Positions 1-13,779 are shown, counted from the first letter of the stretch. The stretch: DNA of 64,000 nt from Octopus bimaculoides (GCF_001194135.2 NC_068981.1:51844662-51908661); one strand, 5' to 3'. Notes: generated by a model from the sequence alone, not told the origin. Numbers and translations: made by a program.

Positions 1-235
1 CGACAAGAAGCTCTTAGCTACATTTTTGAAAACTTCTAGATTAAATGGAATTTGAACCACATTACCTTTCTCTTCCTAGTCCTCTTCGGGTGCAAGGGTG
101 GTGGTTAGGGTCCTCCATATATGCTAACTTCTAGGAAAATCCACTCTTCCATAATGCGTCATTGTAGTAGGTGGTAGCTGTCCTGCTGAAGACGTCCCTA
201 TAGGCTCGTGTGGAGAGGCGGTCCACGTAATCCTC
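1..235 (-). mobile_element. Penelope-like element fragment (post-RT thumb/linker region), decayed
   Basis: Minus translation DRLSTRAYRDVFSRTATTYYNDALWKSGF, then after a frameshift RTRKRKVMWF...KNVAKSFL. This matches the PLE motifs RLSxLSS...YNxALKxSGY and RKRKIIWFNPP...NVGKxFL. Confidence 0.6.
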
Positions 236-275
236 TATATTAAGAATGATGGATAGCTCATTTGCTTTTGTATTA

Positions 276-469
<194 letters not shown>

Positions 470-1039
470 GCATATTTCAAGAAGAAGAAGAAAGGTGATA
501 AAATGAAGCGCTGACTGTATAACAAGTACATTGACAATTGAACATATTATTTCTAGCTGCCCAGTTCTTACCAAGTCCGTGTAAATTTTTGTAAAACTGT
601 TTTTCTATATTACTGAAAGTATGGATAAATTATAAACAATAACAAACTATACCGAAGAACAAGTTTTAAATAAACCAAGTCAACAGTAATAACTGAAAAG
701 AAAATGAAATCAGATTAAAGTTACGACATTATCAATATGTTATAATACATGTTAGAGACAAAGTAAATAAGAGCGAAACACTTAAATGGCTCAAAGGCTC
801 TTGAGTAAAAGCAGAATTGGAAAGACGGATTTTAGCTTCACTTGATTACACCTAGCAACAAATAACTACAAAAATAAAATACCCGAAAAAAGATCTTAAT
901 TTCAAGTACAGACTTTGCAACCAGTACACTGAGACAACTGATGAGAAATAAATTTGTAGGAATGGCAAATGGGTAATATAGTGACACTTCAATGTGAGAA
1001 ATGATATGAAGTGGTATAATCATGTACCAAGCGTTGTAC

Positions 1040-2260
1040 ATGATAGTAACCAAGTTACAAACATTTGAGGCATGTCTGAAAAAGACGTTATGACAAACTG
1101 TTCATTCTTGGACTATGGATATATACCTTCATACCTTCTTATCAAAATTTTACCCGGTAGGCGGTAAAAAAAAACTATTGAAAATACAAGTTTCTTGCAA
1201 CTGAAGTGAGTGAGATATAGGGCATTAGCGTAAAAGGCGTACCAATAATAATGCGGCACTGAGTATGATAATAAATATGAAGGAAAACATAAATCATGCC
1301 AGAACTCAGTATTGCACGCAATACAATATATAACCCTACTAGACAAGCCCACATTTTACTTATTACTTTTTCTTTTTCAATAGCTCAACCTAAACAGTAA
1401 CTCTCCTTTCAAAAAACATACTAGCTACAATCAGCATCCAAGAAAATAATACACTACGAAATCACTAAATAATATAACACAGCACAATCATCATACAATA
1501 AAACTACAGCAGATATATTCTGTACAGAACACTCTAACAACAACTCTTACAAACCACGTTGTACACAGTTGCCACACATTTATATAAGAAGCACAATCGC
1601 TACCCAACAAACACTAACATATCTCACATTACGCATATTCTACACTATAACAAAACACTGAAATATAAAAAGAAAACACCAGGAACAACAAAACAAACTT
1701 CGAAATAGCAAAACTAGTGTCTAATACAAACAGAATTCTATATCCCCAAAAGGCAATGATGCACACAGCTCATGAATATGGCGATGCTCCTGAAAGTGTA
1801 GCAGAAACTCGCATATAATTCTTGAAAACATGATGATATAATATCAATAAAACAAAAACAAGGCGAAAACAATAAAGAAAACGCTTCTCTATCTATAAAG
1901 AAACAAAATATAATCAGTAAACTAACTACACTGAAGAAAAAGATTTAGATAAGCACAAAACAACAGGCACAGTTAAAAACAACGAAAGACAAAATGAAAG
2001 AATTCCAAAATATATTAAAGAAAATATGGAGACAAAAACTACTTCATGATCAATACTGTGCAATAATCGACAGAGTGATAGACAATAATGGCTCAAAAGC
2101 TCCAGGCTAAAAGCAGAATCAGAAAGATTAATTTTAGTTGCACAGGAGCAAATCGGAGCCATAAATATTTACAAAAGTAACATACTGAAAAAAAGTTGTC
2201 AACATCGACTGCAAATTATGCAGTCGGTGCAATGAGACAGGTGACCACTTCGCAGAAATG
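1040..2260 (+). mobile_element. RLE-class (R4/Dong/NeSL-like) non-LTR retrotransposon remnant, RT to CCHC region
   Basis: 2027-2250 translates with frameshifts as WRQKLLHDQY...WLKSSRLKAESERLILVAQEQ...DCKLCSRCNETGDH, the motif WxxKxLHGQY/WL-LK-E-E-LI-AAQEQ/CRLC-ET-DH. Weaker RT traces lie upstream (FLDY..PSYLLIKIL ~1105-1150; FYIPKR ~1737). The 5' boundary is uncertain. Confidence 0.6.
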
Positions 2261-3424
2261 ACTGAGTCGGTCACTATAGGCCCTGGCAACATGCCGTCAT
2301 TTCAACGCCTACCCCACTAATCTCATGACTTTTCTTTCTGTGACCACAACAGGGCACATCTTTTTTATTTTCGGTGGTCTTTGTTGTCAGTTGATTCGCA
2401 TCAGCGTTTAGTGTTTTCGTAAGAGCATGGTCGCACTTTCTCACCTTTAGTCCTCTACAGAATGTTAATGTGGAAGTTGCACCGGCAGCATTCCCCAACA
2501 AATAGAAGGGTGTGAGCGTGTGATAACATTTCAGATACAGATGCCCACCGATGTTCTTTGCTTCACCCAGAACTACAGCTGCATCAAAAAGACGGGCTAT
2601 GGTAAAATTCACTTCAAGGTACGCCAAAACTAGTCATCATCTAGGAATTTCTGTAGTCATAGCAATCTCAGTGCACATCTACGCATCATTTCATTAGCTT
2701 CGGCTTATTCCGAGCTATGAATGTTCGGAAAAGGATCTCCATATGAGTGAAACGTTTCATTCCCACAAGAAGTAAAAGAGCAGACAAAAAGTGTCAGACT
2801 GATAACATAAATAGCGGTTGAGCATTGGGGTTCATTTAATCGACAGACACCTACCTCAAAATGTTAGAGGTCATTAATAACCCTATCTGCAGCAACAACT
2901 GTAGAGACAATCAAGTAAAACTGTAAACCCCTCACTCCAGCCCAGTCCTACCTGTCACATCAGTTACCGAATTTATCTGAATGACCACCAACATAAACTT
3001 CATAAAGAACTTCCGGCGTCTTTTACTTGGGAAGTAATTTCGTTTTTATCTACATCTATTTTTTTATACATTTATTGTTTTATATGTTGAGTTTACAATA
3101 CTTTCATTATAGAAAGATAGGATAATTTTATTATAGGAAGAGTAATGCCGGAAGAAAATCAGAATTATTTTCTAAATGTAATTTACCAAATTTAAGATGG
3201 CCGTAAAAAATGAATAAGTTTTTTTAAATTCCAAATGCTACCAAATATTAGTGTTTTTTGTAATCTTATCAAAAAATAACGGTTTCAATATTTTATTTCT
3301 TATTTTAATACTTATACATATATTTATTTTAATTTTAATACAGCTTTTTCGCAAAAATATTATTTTCCTCGATTTTCTATTTATGTTTAACATTTACTAA
3401 GGTACAACACCATAAATTTTGTAA

Positions 3425-3555
3425 CAGTCGATTACATCGACCTCAGTATTTGACTGGTATTATTGTACTGACTCTGAAAAGATGCGATTCGAACTCAGAA
3501 GCCTGTAATGTAATAGTGCAGGCTATTTTTCCGACATGCTAACGATTGGACTTGT
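3425..3555 (-). mobile_element. tRNA-derived SINE (family A), decayed
   Basis: Reverse complement of family A motifs: cgattacatcgacctcagta...ctggta, gaactcagaa, gctaacgatt. Confidence 0.65.
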
Positions 3556-3584
3556 ATTATTAATAATAACATGTAAGACGATGG

Positions 3585-3785
3585 GTGGGATTGCAGAATC
3601 GTTAGCACGCAGGGCCAAAACAAATGCTTAGATGCATTTCTTCCGTTTTTTCGTTCTGAGTCCAAATTCAGCCGTGGTCGACTTAACCTTTTATACTTTG
3701 GGGATAAAATAATGAGCTTGACGAACAAGCCTGTACTGTGCCTGGTTCATTTATCCTAAATAGAGTTTTCCCCCAACCCTTCATA
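3585..3785 (+). mobile_element. tRNA-derived SINE (family A), decayed
   Basis: gcagaatcgttagcacg...aaatgcttag...ttctgagtccaaattc..ccgtggtcgactt, same as the copies at 18.7-20 kb. Confidence 0.8.
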
Positions 3786-4299
3786 TCTGTAGATTGTCCA
3801 TAGTCCTGGCTTAAAAGCTTAGTTGAAATTCATTGGCACCCAGAAACTTCTAAAGAATACTATCGCTCATGTTTACAACAAATCCGCCGTAAAAAGTGCA
3901 AATGTTGTTATACTGACAACTTCGTTTTTCTCTAGAAGAGAACTATGTAGTCCTGACAATATCCCAGTGGCCTGGAGCCTAATCTCAATTTTTGTTTTAT
4001 CCGAGAAAAGACGAACCAGAAAAGCGGTTCTCACCTTGGTTACTACACCTCACCAATCAATAATTTCTGCAGTTGCTGTAGCTTCAGCATCATCACTCAC
4101 AGAATCGGTGTAGAGCATGACAGCAACAAATGGACGTTGGAATGACCAATGGAGACTGTCTCTTTCACAAGATGTGATTGAGAAGAGAATGGAATTACAG
4201 ATGAAAACTGAGGAAAGACACACATGTCGAATCAAAGAATGATTGCGTTCGCCCCCTTTGCCAGGTTTGTCATGAACGGCTTTCGCTCAGACAATTTTT

Positions 4300-5190
4300 T
4301 TGTGTGACATATGCCTTCCTATAGTTAATCCAAGCCATTGATAGGCTTGTCAGTCTTCTTCAGCGATTCCTCAGAATTGACTTAACAATCATCAACTCAG
4401 CTATCGTTCCGCGTGATTCCTTCCTGTAGCCTTTCTGTTCATCCGCTAGCATATTACTTCTTTCTAGATGTTAGTACAATCTCTTTCCAATTTTCCCAGT
4501 TAGAAAATTTCACATCAACGGTAACCAAGCAATCCGACAATACTTACTCGCCACGGCACCCTTCACTAAGCCCTTCTAAATCAACAGTTCTTCCATTGTC
4601 TATCCATCCATTCTGGTACAATTTCTTTGTGTACACAGCCTTGAAGGAATATTTGTAGTTTAGGATGTAAATTCGTCTAAACCAAAAACCCTGAAAAGGG
4701 TTCGGACCAACTGCCTTCCAATTTCTAGTCTTACCAAAACCAGCTTAAATATCTTTCAACGTAATGGTAATATCCTCCTGTATCTTTATGTCTTTGAATT
4801 TTTCTTGCACTACATGGAGCCAGCGTCCATGTTGTTGTGCTTCACATTCTCTGACCAGATCTTACTCTGACCAGATCTTACTCCATGACGAAGCAGGTAA
4901 CCCCGCTGCTTCCTTCTCTCCTCCATCCAGAGTCTCGTAGAACAGATTCTAATTTGTTCTAAACAGTTGATTTTGTTTATATTTTAGGCATATTTCCTCG
5001 TATTTTTTTTTATCTTAACTCCACTCGTTTTGATCTTTTGTTTTAACCTATCAGATATTTGAAAAATGCCATATTCTCCGGGTGATATTTCTTATTCACT
5101 CAATTCTGGTCTCTTTCATTGAGCATCATATTTCCTCTCCTTACTTCCTCCATTTTACTTAAATCCTACCGCTTTGTATATTTTTTATTA
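4300..5190 (-). mobile_element. RLE-class (R4/Dong/NeSL-like) non-LTR retrotransposon fragment, pre-RT to RT domain 3
   Basis: Minus translation RLKQKIKTSGVKIKKYEE...YKQNQLFRTN.NLFYE...SKIWSENVKHN...WLHVVQEKFKDIKIQEDITIT...NWKAVGPNPFQGFWF...HLERSNMLADEQKGYRKESRGT...LSMAWINYRKAY; several stops. Confidence 0.85.
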
Positions 5191-5221
5191 TCATTGAGAG
5201 AGCAGTGCATTCCATCAAAGT

Positions 5222-5735
5222 GACACTGGGGTAAAATATACGAAGCTCAATATACCCATCATGACTACCTGTCTGATAATGGTACACCAGCCACATGCAC
5301 CGCAACCATATGTGCGTGACATGGTGATCTCATAAAAATAAACAACGCATGACGTTGCAGGTGGCGCCCAGTTAAAATTTTCTTCAGATCGAGTAGCCCA
5401 CCCCGCACCAAAAGTCCCTGAATAACAGTTGTTTAAAGGATGTTGAACGAAACACCCATATTTCCAGAGGTGTATTATTCAAACCCTAAAGAATCATAGC
5501 CATCACATGGCTATGATGCTCCCCCACTATGATGATCAGAGATGCACATATCGTCAGCCACCAAGAGATATGCTCAACTGGTTAGGGTCAAACAAGTGAT
5601 AAGAAAAGCTATGGTATTGAGCAGAATATTTGATGTAGCCCACAAAGACAGAACACGTACATGATAACACTTGCAATCAGTTAAGATCAGAAGCCATGAG
5701 AGCCAGTGCCTGGTACTGCATCAAGGCATTATTGT
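5222..5735. mobile_element. Octopus-type interspersed repeat (~500 bp), class uncertain
   Basis: Recognised from memory as an abundant octopus repeat (ggtacaccag.cacatgca..gcaaccatatgtgcg.gacatggtgatctc...gatcagaagccatgagagcca.tgcctggtactgcatca). No second copy in the window. Confidence 0.5.
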
Positions 5736-5747
5736 TGTTGTTGCTGT

Positions 5748-5945
5748 TGAGGTGGCGAGCTGGTAGAATTTTTAGCACGCCGGACACAATGCTTAGCGGC
5801 ATTACGTCCGTCTTTACGTTCTGGGTACAAGCTCCGCGGAGATCGACTTTGCCTTTCATCCTTTAGGAGTCGATAATATAAATACCAGTCATAATCAGTT
5901 TATCCACTATCCCGAACTTGCTGGTCTTGGACCAAAATTTGGAGC
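5748..5945 (+). mobile_element. tRNA-derived SINE (family A)
   Basis: ggtggcgagctggtagaa...tagcacgccgg...aatgcttagcggca...cgactttgcctttcatcctt; sits after a (TTG)n run. Confidence 0.85.
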
Positions 5946-6064
5946 CACAGTCATAATTAACTCCTATACAAGAAAGTAGCTTTTGTGAAGCTCTAGATCC
6001 AGCCAGATATTCATGAATTTATACACTATGTACACTACCTATTTCATCCTCATTTATCCTCAAT

Positions 6065-6118
6065 CCGGCGGCGGCAGCGGCGGCGTCGGTGGTGGTGGCG
6101 GCGGCAGCGACAGCGGTG
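6065..6118. repeat. Imperfect (GGC/GGT)n trinucleotide run
   Basis: ccggcggcggcagcggcggcgtcggtggtggtggcggcggcagcg directly visible. Confidence 0.8.
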
Positions 6119-6269
6119 TTGTTAAATTTCAAAAGGTATTGCATTACATGCCACTTTTCGGTCACTCTTAGATCCATAAATCTCGATTAACATCCCAACG
6201 CATGGTTTTACCGACGTGTACTTCTACGCTTTATGTTAGATTACTACATAAACTAAAAAAGAGGTTATC

Positions 6270-7890
6270 ACTTTCGTCTCCTTTTTCACAGATTCTACAT
6301 TTGCTGTCTGACTAAGTTTTTTCAGTCTCTATCTTTACAAGTTCGTTCCAATGGCTTATTCCTGAACGGCTTGTTCCTGGGCGGCTTGTTCCTCTACTTC
6401 TAAAAATATTTCCTTGGTCATTTTCTTGTATACTTTTTTTCTGTAACCCCTATCCATATGCCCTTGTCAAACATAGCCCGTTTGTCTTCGAAAATCACTG
6501 AATACAGCTTCTTTCTTTCAAACTTTAATTATTTCCTTTCCACATTTTCTATTTTCTCTTTTTGGGTTCTACAAATTCTGTCAAGTTTCTTTAACTTATT
6601 ACTTCCTCACCTTAAAAATTGTTTCTTTTTTTTTTTTTTTTTTTTTTTTTGTGTGTGTATTTGCAAAACTTGTCTTCTCTGGTTCTACTACCTCTTCGAC
6701 ACTAATTAACTCGCCTCCTACTGCAGTTCTCCTTCAGTATACCCTGTCTACATTTTACATCGTGATCTCCTTCGTTTTGCTATTGACATACTTCATTTCA
6801 TCATTCTTCTATTCAATAATTCCTGCTGTTGGGTTTCCTTCATTTCCATATTTTTCATTTAGTTATTTTCCCGTACTCATTTTTATGTTTCTTCTATATT
6901 TAATGATTCTAAAGTTTCATCATTACGTAGGTGTATTCCAGCACCACTTTTTCAGCTTTATCATAGCATAGCCATTTCACGATCGGAATATTACCCCATG
7001 TCATTTTAAATATTCTTACAGCTTACAATAATGAATTCAGGGAATACTTTTCTGACAGAAAATTTTATGTCATCCATAGCTAGGTAGATTATTCACTTTC
7101 TCCCTTTCTTCTTCACTGAGTATCCCTCTTTAGCTTAGTTAGAATCGACGAAGAGAGCAGAGCGATTACAAAAAAGATATAAAGATTTAGCTTCCCTAGT
7201 ATGTATGTTAATCTTTGACTTGCAGTTGTTAACTTTTCTCTGCAATGTCGTATTGCCTTTTCTAAAAGGAAACTAATTATTTTCGAACTCTTGAAAGTTC
7301 TAGGAACCGCTTTTCCACGGATATGATATTAGGCCATATGCTTTTCTGCAATCGATTAACGCATGAATAAAATAATTTTGTAGTGTTTGAAGCATTTAAG
7401 CAAACTTAGGTTGCAGACAAAAAGCTTTACTTTTTATCTTCTGCAATATTTCAGACATTTTCATTTTCTTTTCGGCCATTAATAAGTCTTTCGTCCCTCC
7501 TAATTCGGTAGCCTTTCTATTCATCAAGTATTAGATATTTCTAATGTAAATGTTACCATACCTCTTCCGAAACTATCTCTGTCGGGTGTTCCTACATAAA
7601 TAGTAGATATGTAATTAATTGGTAATTTAAGATAGCATTTCCTTTACCAATTTGTCCTTCGTTATCATCCAAGTTCTTTCCTTTTGTTAACCGTAGTGGT
7701 GTACCTCACTTCGATGGCTATTCATTTAGTTCTGTCACTATGGTTTCACGTAGACTCGTAAACACTTTCAAGCAGAAACCATGAACAAGACCTGATTCAG
7801 CAGATTCCTACCTCCCCACCGTTTTTAAGTGCTTTCCAATATTTGAGCTCATGATAGTAATATCATTCTTCACCTCAACATTTTCAGCGA
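6270..7890 (-). mobile_element. RLE-class (R4/Dong/NeSL-like) non-LTR retrotransposon remnant, RT through CCHC
   Basis: Minus translation GLVHGFCLKVFTSL...KGKNL...NYQLITYL...DE*KGYR..GGTKDLL...IDCRKAYG...FVIAL...AMDDIK (~7080)...NVDRVY*RRTAVGGELISVEE...EQA.RTNL...DSKCRICEKGDES; many stops and frameshifts. Confidence 0.8.
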
Positions 7891-7892
7891 TC

Positions 7893-7943
7893 TTGTTGTT
7901 GTAGCTGTTGATGTTGTTGTTACGGGTGGTAGTAGTAGTAGTG

Positions 7944-8004
<61 letters not shown>
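7893..8004. repeat. (GTT)/(GTA)n trinucleotide microsatellite
   Basis: Directly visible. Confidence 0.95.
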
Positions 8005-8769
8005 ATTTTGTTGTTTGCGTTATAGTAATAGCAAAGATCCAGTGCCAAATATAGTCGCTTTCCTGTCTTTAACATTAGTTAATTCACCCGCATTACAAAG
8101 GCATTAGTGTATGCGTATATATATGTATATGGAGGGGAAGAGGATGCATGTTAGCATGTGTATGTAAGTATTTGTGTGTCTGTGAGAGAGGGGGGAAAGA
8201 GACAAAGTATGTGATCATGTATAAAAATACTCCATAAAATTCTTCATGAAGAACAAACCTCGCCAGAAACATGAACTCAAGTTTACTCTACAGAGAAACA
8301 GAATATTTACTATACCGTTGCAAACTCCTCGATCTGTGATAAACATTGTCTGAAACACTGCAGAAGGTAAAAAGAAAAAAGAAAAAAAGCTGTTTGTCTG
8401 TAACGTAAGTTTGCTTAAATGCTTCAAACACTGCAAAATTATTTTAAACCACGACAAATCGTATTGATGTTAATGTATTTTGCTGCGTGTATGTTGATGG
8501 GTGTACATGTGTGCATTGTTGCTTATCTCCGACGGTCTGTGCGCGCGCGTGTGTGTGAGTGTGCTCGCGCGTGCGTTGTGTGTTTATGTGTGTGTGTGTG
8601 CGTGTGCGTTAGTATGTGTAGATGTGTGTCTCTTAGTGTTTTTGTATGGAAAACAAATGTCCCTGTGAACCATATTCTCATGAGATACGAGATAAGAGAT
8701 ATGGAGAGTGGAAATTCTTGCTATTTTATTCTTTTTTTCTTTTTTCATTGACACTCTCTCACTCTCCAT

Positions 8770-9560
<791 letters not shown>

Positions 9561-10293
9561 TATTTATCTCTTTGACTTTTAATAAATGAGAATTTCTCGT
9601 GACCAAGCGGTATTACCAAAAAAGCAATTTTCTTTATACTGCAAGTTTGTCCATTCCTCGCTTGATACATAACTACCTTCAAAATGCTTGGGTTGGCAGG
9701 TCGAGAGAAAAAATAAGTAAAACACACAGAAACTAAATCATTAAAAGTAGGAAAAAAAACAAGTCACCGCCACAGAATAAATAAAAACTATAAATAAATA
9801 TAAAAAAGAAAATATCAAACGAAAACAGAGAAAAGCAAGGGACTCTATATTGTGAAAGTAATTTAGCGTGCAAAATAGAAACGCATTTTGGCAATAGCCG
9901 TCCCAAAACTCTGCTTTATGTCTGTTTATCATCAGTGATGTATTGGAAAGCATTATGTCCGTTACGGCCTAGTTTTAACAATAAACTCCATCACTAATAC
10001 AACCACCATCACCATCATCAATATTATCGTGATGTTGGGCATCATTATCTCACAACACTACCAATGGTAGAGCATGATGCAAAATATTTTTTATTTATTA
10101 ATTTTACTTTTCTTTATACCATCATAAATTTATTCATAATACATGTTTATTTATCTCATCTGTCTTCTTTCCTTCAATTCTAGTTTTCTTTATATATCTT
10201 TGTGTATTAAAATATTTTCTCAATTTCGTGTTTTTGCTTATTTATTATACTTTTCAGTTATTATAACCCAGCACTCACCTATAGACATTTATG

Positions 10294-10405
<112 letters not shown>

Positions 10406-12099
10406 CAAAAAATATAAGCATACGCATGCAGATATGAAGCTGAACATTTGAGAAAATCATATCTAAATTTAGCATATCCATTAGTACTGAGCTTTTTGGA
10501 GACATTGAATAAATGAAACAAACCCATTAATGCCAAACCACTCAAAGACATTCCTAAACTCAGTAAAATCCATTACCACTCAAACATTCATCGAGACCCA
10601 TCTTGTCCTTTGAAATAATTGAATGAAACCGTTCTTTAAATAGAATATCGCTGAAAGTTATTCCTCCCAAATCAATTTATTTAGCACTAAACGAGCCAAC
10701 AAAGGAGCCTCTACGTGGTCAACTGAACTTCGAGAAATAGCAGCCAAATGACATTCAAACCTCGTTTCGGTGTCTTAGAATAGAACAAAAACATAATAGA
10801 AATTATGACTTTGATGCATACTGTCTAAATACAAAGGAGATGATCATGGTTTGAATCATTTTGATCATAGGCTATTCAATCAGGGTTAATCTGAACCTGA
10901 ACGACTACTTACCAGTACAAAACACTTACAGAGTCCTTCCTCTATGGACATATCTGCACAGATGCCCACTCCACAGATAGACACATTTACCCTCGTTATC
11001 TAATTAAAATGACTCGCTTGTCAGTAAAGATTCGGGTAGAACTCGTGACACATAATATGCAAGATCCAATTAGTCAGTGCCTCCATTTAACTGTTATTCC
11101 GGCAGCGGTCAGAGGAAATACACAACATTCAAATGTTTTATCAATAATCTATTCAGGTTGCAATAATAATCCGACCAACTTCTACTGCGTGCTTTTAGAT
11201 ACTTACACTATACATGTTTAAACCAGTAAACTCCGGTTAATTAATTAGTGACGCTATCCATACAAAAAAATAATAGGTAAGTTATTGTTATTAATTCTAA
11301 AGATGTAGTTAGTTTCATATAAGTACTGTGGAATATATATATATGCGGTGAAGAAAAGACAACGTTAATACAATGACCAATATCTATACTTTTAATCATT
11401 TCGGCAAATCCGGTAGGCAACTGGAAATGCTTCGGTTTAATTAAATTCCTTATCAAAGTATACATTTTAACATATTTGCCTCAGTAATTACGAGAGAATC
11501 ACAGAATGAATGTACAGTATCATACATGAGTAAGTGTGAAAAATTTAATTAAAAAGCATCACTGAGATCAATTACTCAAAGGCGCAGTACTTATGAATTA
11601 CAACAGTTATGTCGGTACGGAGATGCTTATATTCAACTGAGGAGGTATTAAACGATACTAGCTGATATGATTACATTGAACAAACGTTTCTTTCCTCCAA
11701 CAGAAGTATTTCTAATCAAGTATTTAATGTTTACTGCGTCAAATAAAATGACACAGTGGATGGCGACGCTGAATAGTTATACAAAACTACTTTGTTTTTC
11801 TGAATATGTTTTTCTAGTTTACTCGTCCACGATGTTGCGGTTCTATTTTGAAATTTAATTTTCCCATTACCATTTCGTTTAGTGTGGTAAAATCTATGCT
11901 TTGCTAAGAAGCTCTTGTAAGAGAGGGAGATATCCTGCCGAAATAATTAAATTAGTATTAAACATTTTGAGGACGTTTCTTTTCCTCACAGCATGATTAT
12001 TTCTAATTCGTTGTGTAATTCCCACTGCATGATGTATACTAATACTGAACAACTTACATTTTAATATGTTTAGTCCAAGAAAAAGATTCTGCACCTATA

Positions 12100-12570
12100 A
12101 GCTTCGTACGCCTTTCCAAGGTGTTGAAATTAATGTGGCTGGTGTTTAGTTTTAACATCTGTATGCTCACGACAGTAAGAAGAAGTATAATGGGGAAAAG
12201 TTTCAAAAGGTTTGATGTGCTTGGTAAGGAATTTGCATAGTTGTCGGTTCAAAGCCTTGATGGACACAATATGGGGAACAAGGACGAGTTTGCCAATGTT
12301 CTCATAAAGGATTTGCGATATACAGGTAGCTAGATCTATGGTGCAGAAGTCATTGTAGTTCGGTAGAAAAAAAGGGGAAGAGCATTGTGTCTAATGGCAA
12401 GGAATTGAAATATATTGGTGACTCGTTTCCGGTAAGTCGGGTCGTTTCCTTTTCGATACAGTCCAATAAGTTCGCGTATGCAGTAGCAGTACCATATCAG
12501 GTGAAGACATAATAATGTATATGGTATTGTCCGTCTCATTTGAGGTTTGTAGAACGTCAACAACTGTTAG
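12100..12570 (-). mobile_element. Possible decayed LINE (I/Jockey-like) post-RT fragment
   Basis: Minus ORF LTFYKPQMRRTIPY resembles LxxYKxxIRPxLxY; compositional shift. Weak. Confidence 0.25.
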
Positions 12571-13302
12571 GAGTTGTTAGGAGCTGAAATATTTAGAAAT
12601 AGTAGATTAATCATTGAAATGCATTATTGGCTGATATGAATGTGTATCGCCGGGAGCGATCATTATAGCAAATATAAAATAAGGTATATTGAAGAGAGAT
12701 TAGTCTCATAAAGAGTGGTTTTTGAGTGTTTTAATTGAGTGTTTTACAGATATTTCAAGATGCTGGACACAAGATAAAATTTAGCATATGAAATAATTCT
12801 AAAGTACATTTGTCTTAGAAGTAAAATCTCAATATAACTCCAATAACTGTATTAGAAGTAAAATTTCATTATAACTCCAATAACTGATACATGTGTGTAC
12901 ACGTGAGTTCATGTATATGTTTGTGGAATTAAAATTTCAGTACAATAGCCGTATATTAGAAAACCTAACAGAGATTTTATATATAACAAGAGATTCTAAA
13001 CTTTTCGCCGAGGATGTCTAAAGAGATGTAGATAAATTTTTCACTTTTCTCATGTACTAAAATCTTGAACTCTCATCATGCTTAGAGGAAGGAAATGATG
13101 TCTTCGTCAACAAAGTATATGAAGCACATAAACACAATCTACTTTTATGTTTCATATGTGTGTGTGTGTATGTACATACATATATATTTTCATAAATACA
13201 AGCATCTATGTATATGTGTATGTGTTTATGTATGTATGTATGTATGTATGTATGTATGTGTGTGTGTATGTATACATGCATGAATACACATAGGCACACA
13301 CA

Positions 13303-13760
13303 TCATCATCATCATCATCATCATCATCAGCTGTTACTCCTGTTCGAGAATTTCTGTAGGAAGAAATGCCAATGGCACTGATTTGGTTAAGATGGATCAG
13401 AACTTACACAGGTGGGATTCACACATCATTCTCAGCACCACATTTTGCATGAGACAGGCAATATCACGTGATGAAATTTGAAAGGAGTGTCACTAATGCA
13501 GTTGCCGTCTCGAGTGACGCCATCGTCGTAGCCAGGCCGTTTAGCGTTACTCTCCTTCGCCAATTTGAACGTTACTTAAGTCAACCATTTTTCTTACCTG
13601 CATCCGCTTCTTTCATCCTTTGGGTCTTGGAGTGGTTGCCTGTGTTAAGTCTAGATTCTCTTTGTCCTTACAACCATCATCAGTGGAACCGGACTCACAA
13701 TGGAATTGCTCCCACGGTCACTGGACTCGACAAACCCTCTACGTAGAGAAGAAACCAGCA
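13303..13760 (-). mobile_element. Probable retroposon 3' end with (CAT)n/(ATG)n tail, family unassigned
   Basis: Balanced-GC 430-bp block starting right after (CAT)8; trinucleotide tails are typical of RTE-type retroposons (inference). Confidence 0.3.
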
Positions 13761-13779
13761 ACAATATTATGCATACATA

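Noticed and set aside
11640-12090. Possible diverged direct repeat (acgtttctttcctc...tatttctaat at ~11690 and ~11972)
   Set aside because: Convincing identity covers only about 30 bp in AT-rich DNA.
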